A DNA stretch of 42,769 bases from Solirubrobacterales bacterium (GTDB lineage Bacteria > Actinomycetota > Thermoleophilia > Solirubrobacterales > 70-9): assembly GCA_050697195.1 (NCBI GenBank), contig JBOGZL010000404.1, positions 1 to 42,769 of the forward strand. The letters run 5' to 3'. A program made the position numbers and the translations under genes. Position 1 is the stretch's first letter. Every line of letters begins with the position of its first letter. This document shows positions 23,429 through 31,955 of the stretch, one piece after another. The notes under the pieces are model-generated. The model was not told the DNA's origin and ran no database searches. It saw only the letters and a program-made list of their open reading frames with translations.

Positions 23429-24640
23429 GTGAAGGTCCTCCTGACCACGCGCGGGAGCGCCGGCCACCTGGGCCCGCTCGCCCCGTTCGCGCACGCCTGC
23501 ATGCGCGCTGGTCACAAGGTGCTGGTCGCCGCCCAGCGACAGAACGAGGCGAACGTGACGCGCGCCGGCCTGGAGTTCGCCCCCGTGGACGACCCGCCGG
23601 AGGAGGAGTGGATGCCGCTCATGGGGCGGTTCGCCGAGCTCGACATCGCTACGGCAAACGACCTGATGATCAGCAAGTTCTTCGCCGGCATCGACCTCCG
23701 CGCCGAGCTGGCGGGGCTTCGCGAGATCGTCGAGAGCCGGCGGCCGGACGTCATTCTCCGCGAGAGCTGGGAGTTCGGCTCCACGCTCGTCGCGGAGTAC
23801 TACGAGATCCCGATCGTCCGCGTGGGCCTCGCGCTCGCCGGGGTCGAGGAGCTCACCGTCCAGCTCGCCGCGGAAGAGGTCGACGAGGCGCGTCGATTGA
23901 TGGCTCTGCCCGAGGACCCGGCCGGACAGAGGCTTCGCGACTCGCCCTACTTCACGACGATGCCGGAGGCCCTCGAGGATCCCGCTGCCGTCGTGCCGGA
24001 GCGCACGCACCGCTTCCGCTTCGGGGCGTCGGAGGCCGCCGGGCCGCTGCCCGGCTGGTGGCCCGGCAACGACGATCCCCTCGTCTACGTGACCTTCGGC
24101 TCGGTCGCCGCGGGGGCGCACCTGCCCTTCTACCCCGAGCTCTATCGCGCGGCCGTCGACGCGCTGGCACTGCTCCCGGCTCGGATCCTCGTGACGGTGG
24201 GGGACGCGACGCGCGATCTCGCGGAGCTGGGCGAGTTGCCGCCCAACGTCCACGTAGAGATCTGGGTCCCGCACGACGACGTTGCCGCTCGCGCGGACGT
24301 CATCGTCTGCCACGGCGGCTACGGATCGACGCTCGGCGCTCTCGCCCACGGAGCGCCGCTCGTGGTTTTGCCCCTCTTCAGCACGGATCAGCTGGCCAAC
24401 GGGGAGGCCGCGGCCCGGGCGGGGGCGGGTTTCTGCCTCGACGCAGGGTGGGACACGCGATCCGCGCTCGGGCTCCCCACCGTGGAGGCCATCGAGGCGC
24501 TCCATGGGGCGGTCGAGCGGGTCCTCGACGATCCGGCCTACCGCCTAAGAGCGCAGCGCGTTGCCGAATCCATGCGGAAGCTGCCACCGATCGATTCCTC
24601 GGTCGAGGTGCTCGAGGAGATCGTCGCCGGGCCTCGGTAG
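23429..24640 (+). CDS. GT1-family (MGT/UDP-glycosyltransferase, macrolide-glycosyltransferase-like) glycosyltransferase
   Basis: GTG start gives MKVLLTTRGSAGHLGPLAPFAHACMRAGHKV, the canonical GT1 N-terminus. Also CHGGYGSTLGALAHGAPLVVLP. Confidence 0.85.
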   Translation: MKVLLTTRGSAGHLGPLAPFAHACMRAGHKVLVAAQRQNEANVTRAGLEFAPVDDPPEEEWMPLMGRFAELDIATANDLMISKFFAGIDLRAELAGLREIVESRRPDVILRESWEFGSTLVAEYYEIPIVRVGLALAGVEELTVQLAAEEVDEARRLMALPEDPAGQRLRDSPYFTTMPEALEDPAAVVPERTHRFRFGASEAAGPLPGWWPGNDDPLVYVTFGSVAAGAHLPFYPELYRAAVDALALLPARILVTVGDATRDLAELGELPPNVHVEIWVPHDDVAARADVIVCHGGYGSTLGALAHGAPLVVLPLFSTDQLANGEAAARAGAGFCLDAGWDTRSALGLPTVEAIEALHGAVERVLDDPAYRLRAQRVAESMRKLPPIDSSVEVLEEIVAGPR

Positions 24641-24693
24641 GCCCCGCGCGACGTTTCTCCTTCGACAGTGAATTGCTCAGCATCTCGCATGGC

Positions 24694-24727
24694 TTGACAC
24701 ATTCCCATATGGGTATATGATCCACGC
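24694..24727 (+). promoter_or_regulatory. SigA-like promoter TTGACA-16 nt-TATGAT with an embedded inverted repeat CATAT-GGGT-ATATG; leaderless arsR start
   Basis: TTGACA at 24694-24699 and TATGAT at 24716-24721, with the ATG at 24728. The IR at 24706-24719 overlaps the -10 box and is a plausible ArsR operator. Confidence 0.45.
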
Positions 24728-25084
24728 ATGGCACGAGCGGCGACGACTGCGGACGCGTTCAATGCGGTGGCCGAGCCCCGGCGGCGGCAGATCCTCGATG
24801 CCCTCGCGGGCGGCGAGCGCCCCGTCAACGAGCTCGTGCGCGGGCTCGGGTTGGCTCAACCGCAGGTGTCCAAGCACCTGCGGGTGCTCCGAGAGGTTGG
24901 AGCGGTCGACGTGCGTGCGGAAGGACGGCAGCGGCTATACCGGCTCAACGGCCACGCTCTCAAGCCGATCCATGACTGGGTGATGAACTACGAGCGCGCG
25001 TGGTCGGAGCAGTTCGACGAGCTCGATGTCGTGTTGTCGGAACTCAAGCTGAAGGAGGATGGAGATGGCCGCAAAGGCGAGTAG
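24728..25084 (+). CDS. ArsR/SmtB-family transcriptional regulator
   Basis: FNAVAEPRRRQILDAL..., ELVRGLGLAQPQVSKHLRVLREVG, RQRLYRLN. Confidence 0.9.
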   Translation: MARAATTADAFNAVAEPRRRQILDALAGGERPVNELVRGLGLAQPQVSKHLRVLREVGAVDVRAEGRQRLYRLNGHALKPIHDWVMNYERAWSEQFDELDVVLSELKLKEDGDGRKGE

Positions 25085-25553
25085 CCGAACGGCGACGGTG
25101 ACGCTCCCCACGGATGAGCAGATCCTGATCACGCGGGAGTTCGACGCGCCCAAGCACCTCGTGTACAAGGCGTGGACCACCCCCGAGCTGGTGAAGCGGT
25201 GGTGGAGCGCGAAGCGCGGCGAGATGACCGTCGCCGAGATCGACCTGCGGGTCGGCGGCGCGTGGCGGTACGCGATGGTGACGGACGACGGGCTCGAGGT
25301 CGCGTTCCACGGCGAGTACCGCGAGGTCGTCCCGAACGAGCGGATCGTCTCGACCGAGGTCTACGAGGGGATGCCCGAAGGGGAAGCGCTCAACACCCTG
25401 ACGTTGACCGAAGCGGGCGAGCGCACCACCCTCGAGATCGTCGTGCAGCACACGAGCAAGGAGCACCGCGACGCCCACATCGAGTCCGGGATGGAGGACG
25501 GGCTCCAGGACGCGCTGGACCTCGTCGAGGAGGTCGCGATCTCGCTTCGCTGA
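25059..25553 (+). CDS. SRPBCC-family (AHSA1/Aha1-like) protein
   Basis: ILITREFDAPKHLVYKAWTTPELVKRWW. It overlaps arsR by 26 nt, the common arsR-SRPBCC pairing. Confidence 0.85.
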   Translation: MEMAAKASSRTATVTLPTDEQILITREFDAPKHLVYKAWTTPELVKRWWSAKRGEMTVAEIDLRVGGAWRYAMVTDDGLEVAFHGEYREVVPNERIVSTEVYEGMPEGEALNTLTLTEAGERTTLEIVVQHTSKEHRDAHIESGMEDGLQDALDLVEEVAISLR

Positions 25554-27131
25554 CTACCGGGTCGGGCTCGAGAGCGGGAGCGCGATCTCGACCTCGCTGA
25601 AGTCGACCGCCCCGGCCGAGCGCTGGATGTCGTAGAGCGTCGTCGAGGGGATGATCTGGAGCCGGTAGCCGCCCCCGGCCGGGGCGCGCGACGCGATCGG
25701 CTCGAGCGGAACGCGGAGCGAGTGTCGCTTCCCGTCGAGCTCGATCGGGACCGGGGTCGAGATGTTCCCGACCACGATGTTGCGGCGAGGATCGACGATC
25801 TGCGCGTAGACGGTCGTCTTCGCCGGCGCCCCGGTGCCGGTGTAGGTGGCCCGGAGCTTGGGCACGCCGACCACGTTGGCGCCCTCCGCCGGCCCGTCGA
25901 TCGGGACGTTCACCGCGACCGGCGACGGCGTCGCGAAGATCACGCCCCCGCCGCCGGTCGGGCCGGGAACGAGGGGAAGCGTCCCCGACCCCGACGCCCG
26001 CAGCGCGCCTGCGCGCCGGAGGGGGAAGTCGGCGGAGTCGCGCCACGTCCCGGTCTCGTCGACCCACGAGAACCGGGCCCCGGTGCGCACGTCCTTGTCG
26101 CGCCTGAGGTGGCGGTCGAACCACGCCACGGTGCGATCGGTGACGTAGTCGGCGGGTCCGGTCTCCGTCCGGCAGACGCCGTGCCCGCCGCAGAACCAGA
26201 TCATCTTCAGAGGCACGGGCCGGCGTCGCTTGCCGCGCCTCGTCCGCTCCCTGCGGCGGTTGTCGCGCATCGCCTCGAAGTTGTCGATCGACTCCTGGAG
26301 CGTGAACAGCGTGTCGACCGTCCCCTGGACGAGGAGCGTCGGCGCCTTGATCCGGCGCACGAGCCCCGCCGGCCCCTTGCTCTCGAACCACTCGTGGTTC
26401 TCCTCGGAGACCCTGCCCGTCGCGACTCCCTCTGCGACCGTGGAGTAGAAGTGCGGGTCCTGGTGGCCGGTGTTGTTGAGCGGGTCGCCGATCCCCGGCA
26501 GCACGGCGCCCTGGATCCCGGTCCCGGCGAGGACCAGGCCCCATCCCGTCTTCACCGTCCCGCCCTTGAACAGCGACGAGGTCAGGGAGTGCCACGAGAT
26601 CACGGGCACGATCGCGTCAACCCGGCGATCGAGCGCCGCGGTGACGAGCTGGATCCCGCCCCCGTAGCTGCCACCCGACATCCCGAGCCGCGGGTCACGG
26701 CGCGAGTCGAGCCGCGCCTCCGGCTGATCCGCGACGTGGTCGATCAGCGCCTGCGCGTCGCGCCCCTCGAATCGCGGATCGTCGATCTGGACCGTGCCGC
26801 CGGAGCTCCCGAACCCACGCGGGTCCCAGGTGAGGATGTTGTAGCCGGCGTCGTGGAGCGGCTTCAGCGGGGAGAGGCCGAACAGCGCCGCACCGCCGCC
26901 CTCGCCCTCGACGTCGGTCTCGCCGGACATGCTCCACCCGGGGCCGACGAGGATCGTCGGCTGGCGATTCTGCGCGGTCGCGCCCTCGCCGGGGAAGAAG
27001 TGGGTCCAGATCCGAGTTCCGTCGAAGCTCGTGACGAAGGCGTCGCGCGGCTCGGCCGCGCCCGCCGCCGGCGCGGCGATCGCGACGCATCCCAAGGCGG
27101 CGAGCACCGCTGCCGAGATCCGACCCCCCAT
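25554..27131 (-). CDS. secreted CocE/NonD-family (S15 X-Pro dipeptidyl-peptidase-like) alpha/beta hydrolase
   Basis: Signal peptide MGGRISAAVLAALGCVAIAAPAAGAAEP, nucleophile elbow GMSGGSYGGG, and a beta-sandwich-like C-terminal half. Confidence 0.8.
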   Translation of the reverse strand: MGGRISAAVLAALGCVAIAAPAAGAAEPRDAFVTSFDGTRIWTHFFPGEGATAQNRQPTILVGPGWSMSGETDVEGEGGGAALFGLSPLKPLHDAGYNILTWDPRGFGSSGGTVQIDDPRFEGRDAQALIDHVADQPEARLDSRRDPRLGMSGGSYGGGIQLVTAALDRRVDAIVPVISWHSLTSSLFKGGTVKTGWGLVLAGTGIQGAVLPGIGDPLNNTGHQDPHFYSTVAEGVATGRVSEENHEWFESKGPAGLVRRIKAPTLLVQGTVDTLFTLQESIDNFEAMRDNRRRERTRRGKRRRPVPLKMIWFCGGHGVCRTETGPADYVTDRTVAWFDRHLRRDKDVRTGARFSWVDETGTWRDSADFPLRRAGALRASGSGTLPLVPGPTGGGGVIFATPSPVAVNVPIDGPAEGANVVGVPKLRATYTGTGAPAKTTVYAQIVDPRRNIVVGNISTPVPIELDGKRHSLRVPLEPIASRAPAGGGYRLQIIPSTTLYDIQRSAGAVDFSEVEIALPLSSPTR

Positions 27132-27179
27132 CGCCGGGCGAGCGTAACAACGCCGATTTCCCCGTGCGCCGGTTCTCGC

Positions 27180-27890
27180 CTAGCCGGCGCGCCCGTAGAC
27201 GGGTACGGCGGCCCCCGAGGTCGGCGCGGAGTCCGGGGAGCAGAGGAACCGGACGACGCGCGCGATCTGTGCCGGCGGCACCCACTTGGAGTGGTCGGCC
27301 TTCGGCATCTGCTCGCGGTTCGCGGGTGTGTCGATCACGCTCGGGAGGATCGCGTTGGCGCGGATCCCGTCGTCGCGGTAGTCGACGGCGAGCGCGCGCA
27401 CGAACGCGACCACGGCGGCCTTGGCGACGTTGTAGGCGGGCGAGCCCTTGAACGGTTGGAGCGCGGCCTTCGCGCCGACGCACACGATCGCGCCCCCGCC
27501 CTGCTCGACCATCGCCGGCAGCGCCGCGCGGGTCGTGCGGTAGGCGGTCATCAGGTTGAGCTCCACCATCCGGCCGAGCTCGTCGGGCGGCGCCTCGTGG
27601 GTGCGCCCGCCGCCGGCGTAGCCGCCGACGAGGTTGACCACCGCCGCGAGGGGCGGCGCGCCCGAGGCGGCCCGGACCGCGGCCGCCGCACCGTCGTCGC
27701 TCGTGAGGTCGGCCTCGACCAGCTCGAGGAGCTCGTGCGACCCGAGCTCCTCGCCGACGCGATCGCGCTCCTCGGGCACGACCCACGTGGCGACGACTCG
27801 GGCGCCCGTCCCCAGGAGCTCGCCGACGACCGCGGTGCCGAGCGCCCCCGTGCCGCCCGTGACCAGGACCGTTCCCTCGAGGCGGCTCAT
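27180..27890 (-). CDS. SDR-family oxidoreductase
   Basis: VLVTGGTGALGTAVV and YNVAKAA. Confidence 0.85.
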   Translation of the reverse strand: MSRLEGTVLVTGGTGALGTAVVGELLGTGARVVATWVVPEERDRVGEELGSHELLELVEADLTSDDGAAAAVRAASGAPPLAAVVNLVGGYAGGGRTHEAPPDELGRMVELNLMTAYRTTRAALPAMVEQGGGAIVCVGAKAALQPFKGSPAYNVAKAAVVAFVRALAVDYRDDGIRANAILPSVIDTPANREQMPKADHSKWVPPAQIARVVRFLCSPDSAPTSGAAVPVYGRAG

Positions 27891-27973
27891 GTCAGGGGGA
27901 GACTCGCTCTGGCGACACGCTCATGGAAGGCGAAGGCTATCTCCGGCCCGGGCGCGCCGTCCGGCCCTCGTTC

Positions 27974-27979
27974 TAACTT
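27974..27979 (+). promoter_or_regulatory. candidate -10 box (TAACTT), near-leaderless yhaM-like start
   Basis: TAACTT lies 9 nt before the ATG at 27989, with no Shine-Dalgarno between. Confidence 0.3.
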
Positions 27980-27988
27980 GAATCTCCG

Positions 27989-29011
27989 ATGCCCGAACAG
28001 GTCTCGATGAACGCTGAAGCGGCGCCCCTCGAGGGCGCGAATTCTTCCGGCGGCCGCCGCAGCGTCCGCGAGCTCGCCGACGGCGACGCCGTCGCGGCGC
28101 CGTTCCTCGTCCGCGAGCGCGAGCTTCGCCGGAAGCGAAACGGCGAGGACTTCCTGCGCCTCGTGCTCGCCGACCGCAGCGGAACGGTGGAGGCGGTCGC
28201 CTGGGAGGGCGTCACCGAGTGTCACGACACCGCCGAGCAGGGCAGCATCGTCCACGTGACGGGGCGCTACAGCGTCCACCCGCGCTACGGCTCGAAGGTC
28301 ACGATCGACGCGATCCGCGGCGTGCGCGCCGAGGAGGTCGACAGCGCCGATTTCGAGACGGGCCCCTCGAGGCCTGTCGAGCGGCTCGAGGCCGATCTCC
28401 GGGAGCTGATCGCCACGGTGCAGAACCCGCACCTTCGGCGGCTGCTCGACCGCTTCTTCGGCGCCGAGTCGGCGATCTGGGCACGCTTCCGCGAGGCTCC
28501 GGCGGCGAAGTTCTACCACCAGGCCTACCGCCACGGGCTCCTCGACCACACGCTCTCGGTCGCCGAGGCGGTCAGCGCCGCTGCGTCCAGCTTCCCCGGC
28601 ATCGACCGCGACATCGCGGTCACCGGCGCGCTGCTTCACGACATCGGCAAGACCCAGGCCTACAACGACGACCCGCGCGCGATCGAGCTCACGGACGCGG
28701 GCCGGCTCCAGGGCGAGATCCCGCTCGGCTACTACCTGGTGCGCCGCGAGATCGATCGGATCGAGGGCTTCGACCGCGACCTCGCGCAGCACGTGGTCCA
28801 CATCGTCCTCTCCCACCACGGCACGCACGAAAACGGGTCGCCGGTCGTTCCGGCGACCCGCGAGGCGACGCTCGTCCACGCGCTCGACAACCTCGGTGGC
28901 AAGCTCGGGAGCTTCGACCGCCTGGAGCGAGAGCTGCGCGACGGCGAGGCGTGGTCGAGCTTCGACCGCGGGCTCGAGTCCGCCGCGTACTTCAACTCGC
29001 GCGCCGCCTGA
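27989..29011 (+). CDS. YhaM-like 3'-5' exonuclease (OB-fold + HD domain)
   Basis: N-terminal OB-fold region (FLVRERELRRKRNGEDFLRLVLADRSGTVEAVAWEG). HD domain FYHQAYRHGLLDHTLSV and ALLHDIGK. Confidence 0.8.
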   Translation: MPEQVSMNAEAAPLEGANSSGGRRSVRELADGDAVAAPFLVRERELRRKRNGEDFLRLVLADRSGTVEAVAWEGVTECHDTAEQGSIVHVTGRYSVHPRYGSKVTIDAIRGVRAEEVDSADFETGPSRPVERLEADLRELIATVQNPHLRRLLDRFFGAESAIWARFREAPAAKFYHQAYRHGLLDHTLSVAEAVSAAASSFPGIDRDIAVTGALLHDIGKTQAYNDDPRAIELTDAGRLQGEIPLGYYLVRREIDRIEGFDRDLAQHVVHIVLSHHGTHENGSPVVPATREATLVHALDNLGGKLGSFDRLERELRDGEAWSSFDRGLESAAYFNSRAA

Positions 29012-29034
29012 CGCGCGCGGAAATTGCGCGGAAA

Positions 29035-29054
29035 AAGCCGGTCTTGCCCGGCTT
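29035..29054. terminator. small hairpin AAGCCGG-TCTTGC-CCGGCTT preceded by an A-run
   Basis: 7-bp stem between yhaM-like and pafBC. The U-tract would be on the minus strand only, so a terminator role for the + operon is doubtful. Confidence 0.2.
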
Positions 29055-29134
29055 CCGGGGCACGGCGCGCGTCTATCCTGGCAGCACATGAACTGCACCA
29101 GCCAGTCACCTCGCAGTCGGGCGCTTCGCGTCCG

Positions 29135-31204
29135 ATGCTCGGCGCCCAAGTAACCGTGGCCAAGGACACCGAGAAGCTGATCCGCCAGCTCTCGCTGATC
29201 TCCTTTCTGATGGCCAACCGTCGCCCGGTTTCGGCGCTCGAGATCAAGCAGGAGGTCGAGGGCTACAGCTCGATGAACGACGACGCGTTCGCGCGCCGGT
29301 TCTACGCCGACCGGGCGGAGCTCGAGTCGCTGGGGATCTCGCTCCAGGTCGAGAAGCCCGGCGAGGGGTTCTTCGAGGCGGAGCTCTACGCGCTCCCGCC
29401 CGACAACTACTACCTGCCGTCGATCCAGTTCTCCGACGACGAGCTTGCCGCGCTTCGCACGGCGCTCACGCTGCTCGACGGCCGGTTCGCGTACGCCGAG
29501 CCGCTCCGGCTCGCGCTCCAGCAGGTCTCGTGGGGGCGGCCGAACCCGCTCTCCAACGGCGAGTCTGCCCCGGTCGACGTCGCGGTAACCGCGTCGGCCG
29601 GGGGGCGGGAGCTCTCCCAGCGGCTCGGGAAGATCGAGACCGCGATCTCGCGCCGCAAGACGGTCGAGTTCTCCTACTACACGATGGAGCGCGACGACAC
29701 CTCGAAGCGCAAGGTCGACCCCTACCACCTCGTCTACCGCAGCGGGCAGTTCTACCTGATCGGCCACTCGCACGAGCGCGAGGCGGTGCGGGTGTTCCGG
29801 CTCTCTCGGATCACCGGCAAGGTCTCCTACGCGACGAAGGCCGAGCACGACTTCTCCGCGCCCGAGGACTTCGACCGCCGCGACTACGGCAGCCGCGCCG
29901 ACTGGCAGATGGGGGAGATGGACGAGGTCGCGAAGGTCTTCATTCGCGATCGGATCGCGTGGCTGGTCGAGCGCGACTACGGTCGCTACGGCGAGCTGCG
30001 GACCGCGCGCAAGGGGGACCGCGCGCCCGGGCGCGGGGTGATCTTCGAGACCCGGTACGCGTCGAGCCGGCAGCTGATCGCGTGGGTGCTGAGCTGGCGC
30101 CACAACGCCACCGTGCTGGACCCGAAGGAGCTCGCCGACGAGGCGGCCGAGCGGCTCGGCGTCCTGCGCGAACGCCACAGCGGCGGCTTCGACGCGGCGA
30201 AGACCGTCCGCCGCCCGGCCGCGGAGGGGACGGTGCGGCCCGCACGCTCCAACGGGCACGCGGAGTCCCCGATCCGCCCCGAGCGCTTCGCCCGCCTCGT
30301 CACCCTCGCGAGCATGCTGATCGACTCGGCGCGCAGCGAGCGCCGGCTCCAGGTCGCCGAGGTGTGCGCGGAGCTGAAGCTGACGGAGGACGAGCTCCGC
30401 GAGGACATCTCGGTCCTCAACGTCGTCAACTTCGGCGGCGGCACGTACGTGCTCTTCGCCGAGATCGCCGGCGGTGAGATCGAGGTCGACGCGGACGCGT
30501 ACGGGGACAGCTTCGCCCGCCCGGCGCGCCTTCTGCCGCTCGAGGCGAAGGCGCTGGTCGCCGCGATCGACCTCTTCGGCGACCACCTTCCCCAGGCCGG
30601 ACTGCAGAGCTCGCGGCGCAAGATCACGAAGGCGCTCGGCCACGATCCCTCCGAGGAGGGGCTGGAGATCGCGAGCCTCGGCGACGACTCCGAGATCGTG
30701 CGCAAGGTGAACAAGGCGATCGTCGAGCGCCGCGTGCTCGAGCTCCAGTACTACAAGGAGAACGAGGACCAGTTCACGAACCGCGAGGTGGAGCCCTACC
30801 GGCTCGCGAACGGCCCGGAGGGCTGGTACGTGGGCTGCTGGGACCTCGGCCGCGACGACGTTCGCCACTTCCGGCTCGACCGGATCAAGGAGGCGAAGCC
30901 GACCGGACGCCGGTTCGAGGCGCGACCGGAGGTCGAGGAGATGCCGGGGCTGGAGACGTGGCTCACCGACGGCGAGGTCGAGGACGCGAAGGTGGCCCGG
31001 GTGTGGGTCTCACCGGAGCGGGCGCGCTGGATCCGCGAGGAGCGCACCGTGATCGAGGAGCTGGCGGACGGCGCGGTGACGGTCGAGCTGCCCTACGCCG
31101 GGGCGGCGTGGCTGATCCGCGAGGTGCTGAAGGGCGCCGGAGACCTCGTCGTGCTGGAGCCCGAGGACGCCCGCAACGCGGTGCTGAGCGCGCTCGACGA
31201 CTAG
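29135..31204 (+). CDS. pafBC: fused PafB-PafC (two HTH-WYL-WCX modules) transcriptional regulator
   Basis: Module 1: EKLIRQLSLISFLMANRRPVSALEI and VDPYHLVYRSGQFYLIGH. Module 2: RFARLVTLASMLIDS... and VEPYRLANGPEGWYVGCWD. Start is ATG at 29135 or GTG at 29156. Confidence 0.8.
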   Translation: MLGAQVTVAKDTEKLIRQLSLISFLMANRRPVSALEIKQEVEGYSSMNDDAFARRFYADRAELESLGISLQVEKPGEGFFEAELYALPPDNYYLPSIQFSDDELAALRTALTLLDGRFAYAEPLRLALQQVSWGRPNPLSNGESAPVDVAVTASAGGRELSQRLGKIETAISRRKTVEFSYYTMERDDTSKRKVDPYHLVYRSGQFYLIGHSHEREAVRVFRLSRITGKVSYATKAEHDFSAPEDFDRRDYGSRADWQMGEMDEVAKVFIRDRIAWLVERDYGRYGELRTARKGDRAPGRGVIFETRYASSRQLIAWVLSWRHNATVLDPKELADEAAERLGVLRERHSGGFDAAKTVRRPAAEGTVRPARSNGHAESPIRPERFARLVTLASMLIDSARSERRLQVAEVCAELKLTEDELREDISVLNVVNFGGGTYVLFAEIAGGEIEVDADAYGDSFARPARLLPLEAKALVAAIDLFGDHLPQAGLQSSRRKITKALGHDPSEEGLEIASLGDDSEIVRKVNKAIVERRVLELQYYKENEDQFTNREVEPYRLANGPEGWYVGCWDLGRDDVRHFRLDRIKEAKPTGRRFEARPEVEEMPGLETWLTDGEVEDAKVARVWVSPERARWIREERTVIEELADGAVTVELPYAGAAWLIREVLKGAGDLVVLEPEDARNAVLSALDD

Positions 31205-31214
31205 CTCCGCGCCC

Positions 31215-31943
31215 GTGAGTCAAATCGAGACCGCGCCCGGACGGCCCGAGATCGCGCGCATCGTCGCGCCGAACCCCGGCCCGATGACGCTCGAGGGCAC
31301 GAACACGTACGTCGTGGGCCGCGACCCCGCGCTCGTGATCGACCCCGGCCCCGAGGACCGGGGGCACATCGAGGCCGTCGCGGCGGAGGCCGAGCGGCGC
31401 GGGGGGATCGGCGGGGTCCTTCTCACCCACTCCCACGCCGATCACGCCGCCGGCGCGCCCCTCCTCGACGCCCCGGTGCTGTGGGGCGACGGCCGCTCCG
31501 ACGCCGACCCGTTCACCGCCGTCCCCACCCCCGGTCACGCGCGCGACCACGTCTGCTTCGTGCTCGACGGCGCGTGCTTCAGCGGCGACCTGATCCTCGG
31601 GTGGGGCTCGAGCTACGTCCCCCCCGACGGTGGGTCGCTCGCCGCGTACATGGACTCGCTGCGGCGCGTGCAGGCGTTCGACCTCGACCTCCTCTGCCCC
31701 GGGCACGGGCCGTTCGTCACCGACCCCGCGGCGAAGATCGCCGAGTACCTCGACCATCGGCTCGAACGGGAGCGAAGGCTCGTCGCGGCGCTCGAGCGCG
31801 GCGAGCGCTCCCGGGGCCGCCTCCTCGACGACGCGTGGGACGACGTCCCGCCCGAGCTGCGCGGCCCGGCCGCCCAGGTGATGCAGGCCCACCTCGAGAA
31901 GCTCGAGGCCGAAGGGCGCCTGCCGGCGGACCTCCGTGACTAG
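31215..31943 (+). CDS. MBL-fold metallo-hydrolase
   Basis: GTG start. NTYVVG, LLTHSHADHAAG (HxHxDH), TPGHARDH, CPGHG. Confidence 0.85.
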   Translation: MSQIETAPGRPEIARIVAPNPGPMTLEGTNTYVVGRDPALVIDPGPEDRGHIEAVAAEAERRGGIGGVLLTHSHADHAAGAPLLDAPVLWGDGRSDADPFTAVPTPGHARDHVCFVLDGACFSGDLILGWGSSYVPPDGGSLAAYMDSLRRVQAFDLDLLCPGHGPFVTDPAAKIAEYLDHRLERERRLVAALERGERSRGRLLDDAWDDVPPELRGPAAQVMQAHLEKLEAEGRLPADLRD

Positions 31944-31955
31944 GATCGGTTACCG

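Noticed and set aside
23355-27131. Possible genomic island integrated at the tRNA-Phe 3' end.
   Set aside because: I found no integrase, recombinase, phage or transposase gene and no evident direct repeat of the tRNA 3' end. The only near match was a 9-nt TCGATTCTG at about 35821. Composition looks like the rest of the window. The idea is kept only as a caveat inside the tRNA/GT1 finding.
27887-30868. 993-aa minus-strand ORF opposite yhaM-like/pafBC. Similar giant ORFs: 31950..34169 (-), 20327..22921 (+), 25722..28010 (+), 1876..3339 (-), 6811..7908 (-).
   Set aside because: Their translations are low-complexity and Arg/Ala/Gly/Pro/Asp-rich with no recognisable motifs. They lie antisense or out of frame to genes with clear family signatures. 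This is the expected stop-codon-poor artefact of very GC-rich DNA.
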